From Xanthomonas tesorieronis (lineage in GTDB: Bacteria > Pseudomonadota > Gammaproteobacteria > Xanthomonadales > Xanthomonadaceae), in assembly GCF_041245805.1 (NCBI RefSeq), contig NZ_CP162490.1, forward strand, positions 347,336-411,335: DNA of 64,000 bases. Direction: 5' to 3'. The notes under the pieces are model-generated. The model was given only the letters and a program-made list of their open reading frames with translations, was not told the origin of the DNA and ran no database searches. Below, one piece after another: positions 29,172-40,322 of this stretch; position 1 is the stretch's first letter; each line of letters begins with the position of its first letter. A program made the position numbers and the translations under genes.

Positions 29172-30093
29172 CGCAATCGTCATCGGCGGCAGTTTTGCCG
29201 GCCTCTCGGCGGCCCTGATGCTGGCGCGCGGGCACCGCAAGGTGCTGGTGGTCGACGCCGGCCTGCCGCGCAACCGCTACGCCACGCATTCGCATGGCTT
29301 GCTGGCGCTGGACGGCCTGCCGGGCAGCGCAGTGCTGGCCCAGGCCAGGACGCAGTTGCTGGCCTATCCCACCGTCGAATGGTGGGACGGACAGGTCGAG
29401 GATGCCACGGCCTTGCCCGGCGGCTGGGAGGTGGCGCTGGCCGATGGCCGGCGGGCAAGCACGCGCGGCATGGTGCTGGCGACCGGCGTCGCCGACCAGT
29501 TGCCGGACCTGCCGGGCGTGGCCGAGCGCTGGGGGCGCACGGTCATGCACTGCCCCTACTGCCATGGCTACGAACTGGGCCGGCAGGCGCGCATCGGCGT
29601 GCTCGGCAACGGTACCCACATGTCGGCGGAACAGGCGCTGATGCTGGCCGACTGGGGCCGGGTGACATTGTTCGCGCAAGGCATGCCGCTGGACGACGCC
29701 GAACTGATGGCCAAGCTGGCCAGACGTGGCGTGCAGCTGGAAACGCGGCGTGCGGTTGCGCTGGAAGGCGAGGGCACCGCCATCGACGCCATGCGCGTGG
29801 ACGACGGCGCTCGGGTGGAGATCCAGGCGCTGTTCCTGTCCGCGCCGACACGCATGGCCAGCCCGCTCGCCGAGCGCCTGGGCTGCCGCTTCGACGAAGG
29901 CCCGCTCAGCCCTTATCTGAGCGTGGACGAGAAGAAGCTGACCAGCCTGCCGCGGGTCTACGCGGCAGGCGACGCGGCGCGCATGCACGGCAACGCGACG
30001 CTGGCCTCGGCCGACGGCATGCTGGCCGGCATCGGTCTGCACCATGCATTGATTGCCGAAGACAGCGGGCAGGACACGGTCGCCGCGGCATAA
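29161..30093 (+). CDS. NAD(P)/FAD-dependent oxidoreductase (thioredoxin-reductase-like)
   Basis: GGSFAG dinucleotide-binding motif and a CxxC-like (CPYCHG) segment. Overlaps the Rrf2 stop. Confidence 0.8.
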   Translation: MQHDAIVIGGSFAGLSAALMLARGHRKVLVVDAGLPRNRYATHSHGLLALDGLPGSAVLAQARTQLLAYPTVEWWDGQVEDATALPGGWEVALADGRRASTRGMVLATGVADQLPDLPGVAERWGRTVMHCPYCHGYELGRQARIGVLGNGTHMSAEQALMLADWGRVTLFAQGMPLDDAELMAKLARRGVQLETRRAVALEGEGTAIDAMRVDDGARVEIQALFLSAPTRMASPLAERLGCRFDEGPLSPYLSVDEKKLTSLPRVYAAGDAARMHGNATLASADGMLAGIGLHHALIAEDSGQDTVAAA

Positions 30094-30120
30094 AAAAAGG
30101 CCGTCCGCGAACGGACGGCC
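30093..30120 (-). terminator. Rho-independent terminator after rtcB (minus strand)
   Basis: GGCCGTCCGCGAACGGACGGCC hairpin with a flanking A7 on the plus strand, which is a T-tract on the minus strand. Confidence 0.6.
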
Positions 30121-30162
30121 TGCCATTGGCGCATGCGCCGCCGCACATGCGGGTATGCGGCC

Positions 30163-31382
<1,220 letters not shown>

Positions 31383-31439
31383 TGTCTTTCATTCCTTCGA
31401 GGCCACGCGCGGCGCTTCCTTGCGCCGCGCATGGCGGTC

Positions 31440-32561
31440 CTACTTCATCGTCACCAACTGCTTCAGCACGCCATCCAGGCCGCCGAACACGGTGAGCTTG
31501 TCGATCTTCTCGGTGACCTTCTCCAGCGCCTCCAGCTCCTTCAGCCGCATCAGCACCGGGTTGTCCTCGATCAGCTTGGCGGTGTTGAGCAGCGAGCGCG
31601 TGGCGTTGGCCTCCTCGCGCCGGCGGATCACGTTGGCCTGCGCCGACTTCTCCGCCTGCACCACCGCGTTGAGGATGTCCTTCATCTCGCCGGGCAGGAT
31701 CACGTCCTTGACCCCGACGCCCAGCACCTCGATGCCGAAGCCGGCGACCTGCTCGCGCACGTAGCCGAAGATGTCCGCATCCAGCGACGCCTTGTCGCCC
31801 AGCAGTTCGTCCAGCGTCTTCGCCGACACCGCACGGCGCAAGCCGTACTGCAGCTCGCGATACAACTGGTCGCCGTACTTGGCCACCCGCGTCCGCGCGG
31901 CGACCGGGTCGGCCACGCGCATGCTTGCGGCCAGGTTGACGCGCAGGCTGACCTTGTCGCGGGTCAACAGCTCCTGCCCGGACACCTCCACCGACTGGAT
32001 GCGCAGCTCGATCACCTCGGCGACGATGTTCTTGCGGAAGTTCCAGAACGCATAGTGCCCAGGCGCCAGGGTCTGCTGCAGGCGCCCGTCGACGAACACC
32101 AGTCCCGCCGACTCGGCCGGAACATCCAGCGCCACCGCGAAACGCGACAGCAGACCGAGCTGACGCAGCCGCTGGGCGACATCCGCCGGCACCGCCAGGC
32201 TCTCGCCCAGCGGCAGGCGCATCACCTCCACCGCGATCAGCCCGCGCCAGTACAACCGGCGCGTGCCGGGCGCCAGCACGTCTTCGAGCTTGCCCTGCTT
32301 GAACACCAGGCCGACCTCGTCGCTGCCCAGGTCGGCCAGCACGAAGACCTCGTGCAGCTGTGGGTCCAGGCGTGCGATCAATGCATCGACATCGGTGTCG
32401 GCGTATTCCGGCATGGCGATATTGCAGGTCTTCACTTCGATCCGCTGCGACGGGTCGAACAGACGGTAGACGCCGGGCGCGAGCACGCGCTCGAAACGCC
32501 GGTTGCGATACATCAGGCCGCGCTCGCTGTCGCCGATCACGATCCGCTTGGTCCAGAACAT
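31440..32561 (-). CDS. SPFH/band-7 domain protein (slipin-like)
   Basis: SPFH domain with a coiled-coil C-terminus. Strong AAGGAG RBS before the ATG at 32561. Sits upstream of rtcB in the same operon. Confidence 0.85.
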   Translation of the reverse strand: MFWTKRIVIGDSERGLMYRNRRFERVLAPGVYRLFDPSQRIEVKTCNIAMPEYADTDVDALIARLDPQLHEVFVLADLGSDEVGLVFKQGKLEDVLAPGTRRLYWRGLIAVEVMRLPLGESLAVPADVAQRLRQLGLLSRFAVALDVPAESAGLVFVDGRLQQTLAPGHYAFWNFRKNIVAEVIELRIQSVEVSGQELLTRDKVSLRVNLAASMRVADPVAARTRVAKYGDQLYRELQYGLRRAVSAKTLDELLGDKASLDADIFGYVREQVAGFGIEVLGVGVKDVILPGEMKDILNAVVQAEKSAQANVIRRREEANATRSLLNTAKLIEDNPVLMRLKELEALEKVTEKIDKLTVFGGLDGVLKQLVTMK

Positions 32562-32932
32562 GGCACGTTCTCCTTGTGGCTCTGGTGGTCCGGTCCGGTG
32601 GATGAAGTCGCCGCGCCGGACCGACGAGCGCGAGGACGCCGCGTTGCCAGCGCCATGGGCGCGGCAACGCGGCAGGAGAAGTGCAAGTGCGCGCACGACG
32701 TCGTCACGGCGGCCAGCGGGCGCTGTCGGTGCGGAGGCCTGCGCGTGTGGTCGGCATCGCGTTGCACTGCGATACGCCCGTCGGCGCAGGCGCGCACGTC
32801 CAAGGCGGCGCGGCGGCGGCAGCGACGCTGCGGCGCATGCCGCACGCAACGCCGGTGGCGATGCGTGCGGCGTGTCCGCGCGGCGCGACTTGCTGGGCTT
32901 GCGCCCGGTATTGCACATGACGTGAAAGGTCA

Positions 32933-33009
32933 TGGTTCTCGGAGCGGGAATCGAACCCGCAACCCTCGGATTAAGTTTCCGATGCTCTAACCAATTGAGC
33001 TATCCAAAA
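32933..33009 (-). tRNA. tRNA-like gene, best read as tRNA-Lys(CUU), with non-canonical features
   Basis: Manual cloverleaf fold: D arm GCTC-AATTGGTTA-GAGC; anticodon arm TCGGA-AACTTAA-TCCGA; T arm GCGGG-TTCGATT-CCCGC; encoded CCA. U1-A72, two G-U pairs in the acceptor stem, and A instead of U at position 33. Confidence 0.5.
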
Positions 33010-33010
33010 G

Positions 33011-33076
33011 CGACGTGCCGGAGTCGAACCGGCGACCAGTGGACAAGCCACCGCTCTACCTCTGAGCTAACGTCTG
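33011..33076 (-). tRNA. Degenerate tRNA-like sequence (probable pseudo-tRNA)
   Basis: Good D arm (GCTC-AGAGGTA-GAGC) and T arm (GCCGG-TTCGACT-CCGGC). The anticodon region is 3-4 nt too short to fold, and acceptor pairing is imperfect. Confidence 0.3.
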
Positions 33077-33921
33077 GTGGAACTGCGCGTCCCGGCCGCA
33101 GGCATACGCGACGGCAGCGCCGTGCGCACCGGACGGGATGGCATCCCGTACCGCTAGCGGCCATTAAGTGCAGTTTCCCATTGCCGTCTCCTTCGAAACG
33201 GCAAATTCTGCGTCGATTCCATTCCCGCCGCCCGCGTCCGGCACCTGGACGCAGCGCTTGTGCGCCTCACGAGCGAAACTTCCCTGTTTCCGGGCATTCC
33301 ATGCCCGGGTGCCTTGGGATTTTGAATCGACAAAACAAAAAAACATACGAACGCGCAAAGCAAAACGCCCCCGGCATGGTGTCCGAGGGCGTTCGCGTTC
33401 CTCGGAGATCGATGCAACCGATCTCCGCAACGGGCGATCAGTCGATCAGGTGGTGGGATCCAGCCGCAGCGCGGTATCGCACAGCGCACGCAGTGCCGCT
33501 GCGCGCGTTTCGCGCTGCAGGCTGGGCAGATGTGCGTTGAAGGGTCGGAAGTTCATGGTCGTCTGATTCGTCGCTGCCGAACGTGTCGGCTGATGGGCGC
33601 GCACATTACCCGTGTTGTTTTCATTGCGCAAGAGGTTTGTCGAATTATTTTTATCGCGTCGATGTCGATCGCGCGCCTTCCTCGGCCGAAAGATTCGCAG
33701 TGGCCGGGAAGGCATTTCCAATTCTGGTGTTTTGGTTACTGTGGGCGGCTGCTCAGAGCGGGAAGATTTATCGATGCATCGTCGAATTTTCTCTGGCGAT
33801 CGCCGCTCTGGCGCAATGCGCGCTGATAGGCTCGCGCTGCGTCTTCCGTCAGCCAGACACTTACTTTCCGGTTGCTGGATGGCGCCTGCGATCAAGTCAC
33901 TTCCCCGACGGAGTCATCGAA

Positions 33922-34410
33922 ATGAAAATTCGCCTGCATGCCTCTCTGCTCGCATTGCTGCTCGTGCTTCCCGTTGCTTCGGCATTCGCGCAAACCGCGG
34001 TCACCGCCAATCCCAACCACCAGCAGCTGCTGCAGGGATCGGATTGGCGTACCGAGGCGAACAAGCGCCTGGTCTACGACTTCTGGCGCATCGTGTTCGA
34101 AGCCGGGCACACCGAGTACGCGCCGATGTACATGGCCAAGGACTACATCCAGCACAATCCGACCGTGGCCAACGGCCGCGATGCGTTCCTGCAGTTTCTG
34201 ACCGCCTTCGTCAAACCGCAGCCGATCAAGCCGCGGGTGCAGCTGCCGCTGGTGGCGATCCTCGCCGAGGGCGATTACGTGACCCTGGTATCGGTGCGCA
34301 CGCTGCCCGACCCCAAGGACGCGACCAAGACCTATACGACCACCTGGTTCGACATGTTCCGCATCCACAACGGCAAGATCCAGGAGCATTGGGACCCGGC
34401 GACCAAGTGA
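33922..34410 (+). CDS. Secreted NTF2-like/SnoaL-like family protein
   Basis: Signal peptide MKIRLHASLLALLLVLPVASAFA followed by an NTF2-like fold of about 140 aa. The upstream 340 bp of the ORF is non-coding. Confidence 0.6.
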   Translation: MKIRLHASLLALLLVLPVASAFAQTAVTANPNHQQLLQGSDWRTEANKRLVYDFWRIVFEAGHTEYAPMYMAKDYIQHNPTVANGRDAFLQFLTAFVKPQPIKPRVQLPLVAILAEGDYVTLVSVRTLPDPKDATKTYTTTWFDMFRIHNGKIQEHWDPATK

Positions 34411-34664
34411 CCTCGGCCGCGACGTAGGCCGCCGCGGTGCCGTCGTCGCTGCAGCGGTGCCGCGGCGATGGCGCGGCGCGGCCTGCGCGCAATCGGCCGT
34501 CGCGTTGGTGCGTTGGTCCGGCCGGATGCCCTGTGTCCGGGCATGCGCCGCGCAGCAGTGTTCCGCTGCGCGCCGGCCTGGTGTGCCGACGGGGCACGAG
34601 GAGGCTAGACTCCAAGGGCGGCCGACGGTCGCGCGCGCCTCCTTCACCAGCCGACATCGCCGCC

Positions 34665-35444
34665 ATGCCCTTCCTCGAACTTCCGACGCATCGCCTGCAT
34701 TACCGCATCGACGGCAGCGAAGGCCGTCCGTGGCTGACCTTCTGCAATTCGCTCGGCACCGACCTGCACATGTGGGACGCGCAGATCGATGCGCTGGCGC
34801 CGTACTACCGGGTGCTGCGCTACGACCGCCGCGGCCACGGCGCCTCCAGCGCCGCGTCTGGCCCGTATCGGATCGAGGCGCTGGCCGGCGATGTGCTGGC
34901 GCTGCTCGATGCGCTGTCGGTGGAGCGCACCCATTTCTGCGGCCTGTCGATCGGCGGCCTGACCGGGCAATGGCTGGGCCTCCACGCCGGCACGCGCCTG
35001 CATACGCTCACCGTGTGTGCGACGGCGGCCAAGATCGGCAACGAGGACAGCTGGCAGGCACGCATCGCCCAGGTGCAGGCCGATGGGTTGGCGCCGCTGC
35101 TGGCCGGCACCCGCGAGCGCTGGTTCACTCCGGCCTTCGCCGAGATGCAGCCGGCAACGGTCGAGGCGATCCTCGCGACCTTCCTGGGCACCGATGCGCA
35201 GGCCTATGCGGCCTGCTGCGCCGCAGTGGCCAGTGCCGACTTCCGTGGCGCGCTGGGCGAGATCGACACGCCGCTGCTGGCGCTGGCCGGGCATGACGAT
35301 CCGGTCTGCCCGCCGGCCGATCTGCAGGCGATCGCCGCGCAGGTGGCGCGCGGCAGCTTCGCCGAGGTGCATGGTCGGCATCTGTGCAATGTGGAATCGC
35401 CGCACGCCTTCAACGACGCGCTGCTGCGCTTCCTGTTGCAGTAG
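34665..35444 (+). CDS. Alpha/beta hydrolase (3-oxoadipate enol-lactonase-like)
   Basis: GLSIGG nucleophile elbow and the HGRHLCNVESP His region; 259 aa from the ATG at 34665. Confidence 0.8.
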   Translation: MPFLELPTHRLHYRIDGSEGRPWLTFCNSLGTDLHMWDAQIDALAPYYRVLRYDRRGHGASSAASGPYRIEALAGDVLALLDALSVERTHFCGLSIGGLTGQWLGLHAGTRLHTLTVCATAAKIGNEDSWQARIAQVQADGLAPLLAGTRERWFTPAFAEMQPATVEAILATFLGTDAQAYAACCAAVASADFRGALGEIDTPLLALAGHDDPVCPPADLQAIAAQVARGSFAEVHGRHLCNVESPHAFNDALLRFLLQ

Positions 35445-35511
35445 CCACGCTCAGGGCGGCGGCACCGGTCGCCGCGCGATCCGCGCGGCCCAGGCTGCTT
35501 AACCGCCAATC

Positions 35512-36558
35512 CTAATCCCGGCTCTCGTCCAGCTGCACGACCAGCTTGCCGAAATTGCCGCCGCCGAGCATGTCGATGAAGGCCTGTGGCGCGTTCTCCA
35601 AGCCGCGCACGACATGCTCGCGATAACGCACGCGGCCGTCGGCCAGCCACGCGCCCATCTCGCGCAGGAACTCGGGATAGAGCTTGATGAAGTCGCCGAC
35701 GATGAAGCCGCGCAGGGTCAGCCGCTGGCGCAATACCTGGCCCATCAGCGCCGCCAGGCGGTCCGGCCCCGGCGGCAGCTCGCCCTTGTTGTTGTAGGTG
35801 GCGATGGTGCCGCACACCGGCACGCGTGCGAAATCGTTGAGCAGCGGCAGCACCGCGTCGAACACGTGGCCGCCGACGTTCTCGAAGTAGACGTCGATGC
35901 CGTCCTTCGCCGCGGCACGCAGTTGCTCGGCGAAATCCGCGGCGCGATGGTCCAGCGCCACGTCCACGCCCAGTTCCTCGCGCAGGTAGCGGCATTTCTC
36001 GGCGCCACCGGCGATGGCGATCACCTTGGCGCCGCGGAGCCGGGCGATCTGCGCCACGCTGGCGCCGACCGGGCCGGTGGCCGCGGCGACTGCCACGGTT
36101 TCGCCGCTCTGCGGCTTGCCGATCTCATGCAGGCCTGCATAGGCGGTGAAACCGGGCATGCCGTAGACACCGAGTGCGGTGCTGGGCGGCAGCGGCGATT
36201 GCGGGTCGAGCTTGCGCCGCAGGCTGGCGCCGTCGGCGAGCAGATGCGTCTGCCAACCGCCGTTCTGCACCAGCACCAGATCGCCTGGCTTGACGTCGGG
36301 GTGATGGGAGTCCAGCACCTCGGCGACGGTGCTGCCGACCATCACCTCGTCCAGTTGCACCGGTGGCGCGTACGAGGGCGCATCGCTCATGCGCCCACGC
36401 ATGTACGGATCCAGCGACAGCCAGCGGTTGCGCAGCAGCACCTGGCCGGGACCGGGCGCGGCCAGCGGCGCCTGTTCGATTCGGAAATTCTGCGCGGTCG
36501 GCGCGCCCTGCGGGCGCGAGGCCAGGACCACGCGGGTGGTATGGGACGCGGTGCTCAT
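35512..36558 (-). CDS. NADP-dependent oxidoreductase (MDR superfamily, YncB/CurA-like)
   Basis: AAATGPVGASVAQIARLRGAKVIAIAGG Rossmann motif; 348 aa. ATGA overlap with the upstream AKR. Confidence 0.85.
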   Translation of the reverse strand: MSTASHTTRVVLASRPQGAPTAQNFRIEQAPLAAPGPGQVLLRNRWLSLDPYMRGRMSDAPSYAPPVQLDEVMVGSTVAEVLDSHHPDVKPGDLVLVQNGGWQTHLLADGASLRRKLDPQSPLPPSTALGVYGMPGFTAYAGLHEIGKPQSGETVAVAAATGPVGASVAQIARLRGAKVIAIAGGAEKCRYLREELGVDVALDHRAADFAEQLRAAAKDGIDVYFENVGGHVFDAVLPLLNDFARVPVCGTIATYNNKGELPPGPDRLAALMGQVLRQRLTLRGFIVGDFIKLYPEFLREMGAWLADGRVRYREHVVRGLENAPQAFIDMLGGGNFGKLVVQLDESRD

Positions 36559-37514
36559 ACGGTTTCCTTGCTGGCGGTATCCAGTTGCGCGATATCGTCG
36601 GTCGACAGCGCCAGGCGCGCGGCGGCCAACAATTGCTGCAACTGCTCGATGCTGGTGGCGCTGGCGATCGGCGCGGCGATGCCGGGACGCGCGATCAGCC
36701 ACGCCAGGGCGACCTGGGTCGGCGTGGCCGCATGCTTGCCGGCGATGTCGTCGAGCGCGGCGAGGATGCGCAGGCCGCGCGCGTTGAGATAGCGCGCGAT
36801 CACGCTGTCGCCGCGCGCCTGGCTCTTCGCCGCATCGGCCGGACTGCGGTACTTGCCGCTGAGGAAACCGCGGGCCAGCGCGTAGTAGCAGATCGTGCCC
36901 AGGCCCTGCTCGCGCACCAGCGGTTCCAGGCCGGCTTCGTAACCGGCGCGATCGTACAGGTTGTATTCGGGCTGCAACGTCTCGTAGCGCGGCAAGCCGT
37001 ACTGCGCCGACACCTTCAGCGCTTCGGCCAGGCGTTCGGCGCTGTAGTTGGAGGCGCCGATCGCGCGCACCTTGCCTTGCTCGATCAAGCGTCCGAAGGC
37101 GGCCAGCGAGGCTTCCAGCGGCACCGACTCGTCGTCCTCGTGGGCCTGGTACAGATCGATTACGTCGGTCTGCAGGCGCTGCAGCGACTCGTCCACCGCC
37201 GCGGCGATATTGTCGGCCGCAAGGCCAGGGCGTTCGGCCCATTTGCCGACCTTGGTCGCGATCAACACCTTGTCGCGCTTGCCGCTGCGTTTGAGCCACT
37301 GGCCGATGATGGTTTCCGACTCGCCGCCGCGGTTGCCGGGTACCCAGGCCGCATACGCATCGGCGGTGTCGATCAGGTTGAAGCCTGCTTCGACGAAGGC
37401 GTCGAGCAAGGCGAAAGAGGTCTTGGCGTCGGCACTCCAGCCGAACACATTGCCGCCGAAGGCGAGCGGCGCCGCGTGCAGGCCGGAACGGCCGAGTTCG
37501 CGCGTGTGCAGCAT
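36555..37514 (-). CDS. Aldo/keto reductase
   Basis: AKR family (LIDTADAY, and IGASNYS); 319 aa. Confidence 0.85.
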   Translation of the reverse strand: MLHTRELGRSGLHAAPLAFGGNVFGWSADAKTSFALLDAFVEAGFNLIDTADAYAAWVPGNRGGESETIIGQWLKRSGKRDKVLIATKVGKWAERPGLAADNIAAAVDESLQRLQTDVIDLYQAHEDDESVPLEASLAAFGRLIEQGKVRAIGASNYSAERLAEALKVSAQYGLPRYETLQPEYNLYDRAGYEAGLEPLVREQGLGTICYYALARGFLSGKYRSPADAAKSQARGDSVIARYLNARGLRILAALDDIAGKHAATPTQVALAWLIARPGIAAPIASATSIEQLQQLLAAARLALSTDDIAQLDTASKETV

Positions 37515-37688
37515 GGGAGCGCTCCGCTGTGGGGAAGGGCGACAGGATAGTCGCCGCAGGTTTCGGTATCGCGGCGATGGTCGCGAAAACAGCGTTCCGT
37601 TTGCGTGATTCGCGCTAACGCGAAGACAACATTCGGCTGTGCGCGTATGCGTGCTAGGCTCGCGTCACACCGACAACGGACGTACGCC

Positions 37689-38546
37689 ATGCGCCTTTGC
37701 ACCACGCTTGCCTGCGCTTGTACCCTTGCCATCGCCGCGACGCTGGCGATCCCCGCCGCACAGGCGATCAAGCCTGCCGACAGCGCCAGCCTGCCCGCGC
37801 CCGATGCGGCCTTGCAGAAGGCCATCGACGGCAGCTGGCGCGACCGCGTCTACGTCGAGCGCGATGCCTATCGCCACCCGGGGCAGACCCTGGCGTTCTT
37901 CGGCATCACGCCGACCCAGACGGTGATCGAGATCACCCCCGGCGGCGGCTGGTATTCGGAAATCCTGGCGCCGTACCTGCGCGAGCGTGGTCAGTACATC
38001 GCCGCGGTGGTCGATCCGGCGGCGGTGCCCGAAGGGCGCACCCGCGAGTACCAGCAGAAGGCGCGCGCGACGCTGGAGCAGAAGTTCGCCGCCGCGCCGG
38101 CGCAGTACGACCACGCCAAGCTGGTGGCGTATTCGCCGACTGCGCCGGTGTTTGGTCCGGCAGGTTCGGCCGATCTGGTGCTGACCTTCCGCAACGTGCA
38201 CAACTGGCGCATGTCCGGCCAGGCCGAGGGCATGTTCAAGGGCTTCTATGAGGTGCTCAAGCCCGGCGGCGTGCTCGGCGTGGTCGAACACCGCGCCAAG
38301 GCCGATGTGCCGGCCGACGACAAGAGCGGTTACGTCGGGCAGGCGCAGGTGATCGCGATGGCCGAGGCCGCCGGCTTCAAGCTGGCCGGCAAGAGCGAGG
38401 TCAACGCCAACCCGCGCGACACCAAGGATTATCCCGGCGGCGTGTGGACGCTGCCGCCGAGCAACAGCCACGATGCCGCCGACGACGCCAAGTACAAGGC
38501 GATCGGCGAGAGCGATCGGATGACGCTGAAGTTCGTCAAGCGCTGA
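37689..38546 (+). CDS. Class I SAM-dependent methyltransferase with an N-terminal signal peptide
   Basis: Signal peptide MRLCTTLACACTLAIAATLAIPAAQA followed by an MTase fold (VIEITPGGGWYSEIL, and VLKPGGVLGVVEH). Confidence 0.7.
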   Translation: MRLCTTLACACTLAIAATLAIPAAQAIKPADSASLPAPDAALQKAIDGSWRDRVYVERDAYRHPGQTLAFFGITPTQTVIEITPGGGWYSEILAPYLRERGQYIAAVVDPAAVPEGRTREYQQKARATLEQKFAAAPAQYDHAKLVAYSPTAPVFGPAGSADLVLTFRNVHNWRMSGQAEGMFKGFYEVLKPGGVLGVVEHRAKADVPADDKSGYVGQAQVIAMAEAAGFKLAGKSEVNANPRDTKDYPGGVWTLPPSNSHDAADDAKYKAIGESDRMTLKFVKR

Positions 38547-38658
38547 GAGCGGCCGGCGCGGGGGCGGGAAAAGGAATCCGGCGTGGGAGAATTGCCCGCG
38601 TCGCGCGCGGCGCCGAGGCTCGCCAATCCCGAATCCCCACGCTCCCTTCCCCGCTTCC

Positions 38659-39195
38659 ATGCTGATCGCGTTCAACAAGCCGTTCAATGTGCTGTGCCAG
38701 TTCACCGATCACAGCGAACCGCCGCGGCGCACGCTGGCCGAGTTCGGCTTGCCCGCCGACGTGTACGCGGCGGGGCGACTGGACTACGACAGCGAAGGCC
38801 TGCTGCTGCTCACCGACGACGGGGCGCTGGCGCATCGCTACACCGACCCGCGGCACAAGCAGCCGAAGACGTATTGGGTGCAGGTGGAAGGCGTGCCGCA
38901 GCCGGAACAGCTGCAGCGCCTGCGCGATGGCGTGGTATTGAACGACGGCCCCACCGCGCCGGCGCAGGCCAGCGTGCTGGAGACGGCGCCGGACCTGTGG
39001 CCGCGCGACCCGCCGGTGCGCTTCCGCAAGACGGTCGCCGATGCGTGGCTGCAGATCGTGCTGCGCGAAGGGCGCAACCGCCAGGTGCGGCGCATGACGG
39101 CCGCAGTCGGCTTGCCGACCCTGCGCCTGGTCCGCGTGGCGATCGGCACGCACCGGCTGGACGGGTTGGCGCCGGGCGCGTGGCGGGCGCTGTAA
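38659..39195 (+). CDS. rluE: 23S rRNA pseudouridine synthase RluE-like (RsuA family)
   Basis: GRLDYDSEGLLLLTDDG catalytic Asp motif; 178 aa. Confidence 0.85.
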   Translation: MLIAFNKPFNVLCQFTDHSEPPRRTLAEFGLPADVYAAGRLDYDSEGLLLLTDDGALAHRYTDPRHKQPKTYWVQVEGVPQPEQLQRLRDGVVLNDGPTAPAQASVLETAPDLWPRDPPVRFRKTVADAWLQIVLREGRNRQVRRMTAAVGLPTLRLVRVAIGTHRLDGLAPGAWRAL

Positions 39196-39215
39196 GCCTT
39201 CCGGCAACGCCCCCT

Positions 39216-39300
39216 TGTAGGAGCGGCTTCAGCCGCGACATGGTCTTGCCGAAGACACGGTCTCGCCGGAGTGCCTGTCGCGGCTGAAGCCGCTCCTACA
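39216..39300. repeat. REP-like palindromic element pair (inverted copies of TGTAGGAGCGGCTTCAGCCGCGACA)
   Basis: Two inverted 25-bp copies separated by about 35 bp. The same unit recurs at 43944-44009. Confidence 0.65.
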
Positions 39301-39526
39301 GAACGGAGCAGGCTGATCACCAATCCCGGATCGAGAAGCGCGTACCGCGTTGCGTATCCGCAGGCGTTGGACGATCGCTGTCGCAGCGGCTTCGTGGCCC
39401 CGCTGAAAATCGCCGGGACATCGCGTCCTCCGAAGCCCTTAAACGAAAACAGCGGCCGGATACGATCCGACCGCTGTTTTCGAAAGCGCTGCTGTCGTCG
39501 CTGTCGCGGCGACACTACGGCAATGC

Positions 39527-39928
39527 TTATTCTTCGGTGGCGTCCTGCGCGGCCGCGGCACGGCGCGAGCTGCGTGCTGCCGAACGACGGGCGCCGGCGT
39601 TGCCGCGCTTGCTGGCGGCGATGCGCTGCGAGTCGCCTTCGATCGGTGCGGTGTTGTCGCGCTGGCGCTTGCGGTAGATCGCGTAACCGAGCAGGCCCAC
39701 GCCCACCGCCGCGGCGGCGATCGCGATGACCGGATTGCGGCGCACCGCCGTCCGCGCGACCTTGGTGCCGGTCTTCACCGCACCCAGCGCCGCGCCGGTC
39801 TTCAGCGCACCCATGGCGGCGCCGGACTGCAACCACTTGTTGGCCTGCGGCCCGATGTGACGGAGGCTGTCGCCGGCATGGCTGGCGAGATCCAGCGCGC
39901 GATCGGTGATGATGGTCAGCTTGCTCAT
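39527..39928 (-). CDS. DUF883 family (ElaB/YqjD-like) membrane-anchored protein
   Basis: Helical N-terminal region and a C-terminal TM anchor (IAIAAAAVGVGLLGYAIY); 133 aa. Confidence 0.7.
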   Translation of the reverse strand: MSKLTIITDRALDLASHAGDSLRHIGPQANKWLQSGAAMGALKTGAALGAVKTGTKVARTAVRRNPVIAIAAAAVGVGLLGYAIYRKRQRDNTAPIEGDSQRIAASKRGNAGARRSAARSSRRAAAAQDATEE

Positions 39929-40322
39929 GGGCGTCCCTACTGGCAGGAATAAGGGCTGCAGTGTCCCTCGGGTTCCGTATAGACCGTGTTAGCGCGGCGG
40001 CGTGGAGTCGTCTGCCGGCTGAATGCGCGGGCGGTTCGGATGCGGCGTGTGCTGCGATTGCCGCAGTGGGGGTCTCTGGAGGGACGGCGTGCCGGTGCTG
40101 GCCGCTTTGCCGCACGCGACGCTGGCCGGTCATCGGTCGCGCCGAGCCCGTCGGCCTTCGCCATCCATGGCCAGCCGCGGGTAACGCGGCGCTCGCCGGG
40201 ATCCGTGCCGGGCGCGCTCGCAGGATCCGGGCAGAAGCGCGGCATGAGGCGGCACGTCCTGCTCGCCGCTGTCGCGCGGCTCCAATGGCTGCGACCCCGC
40301 GGCACGGCGGGCAATGCACCGC

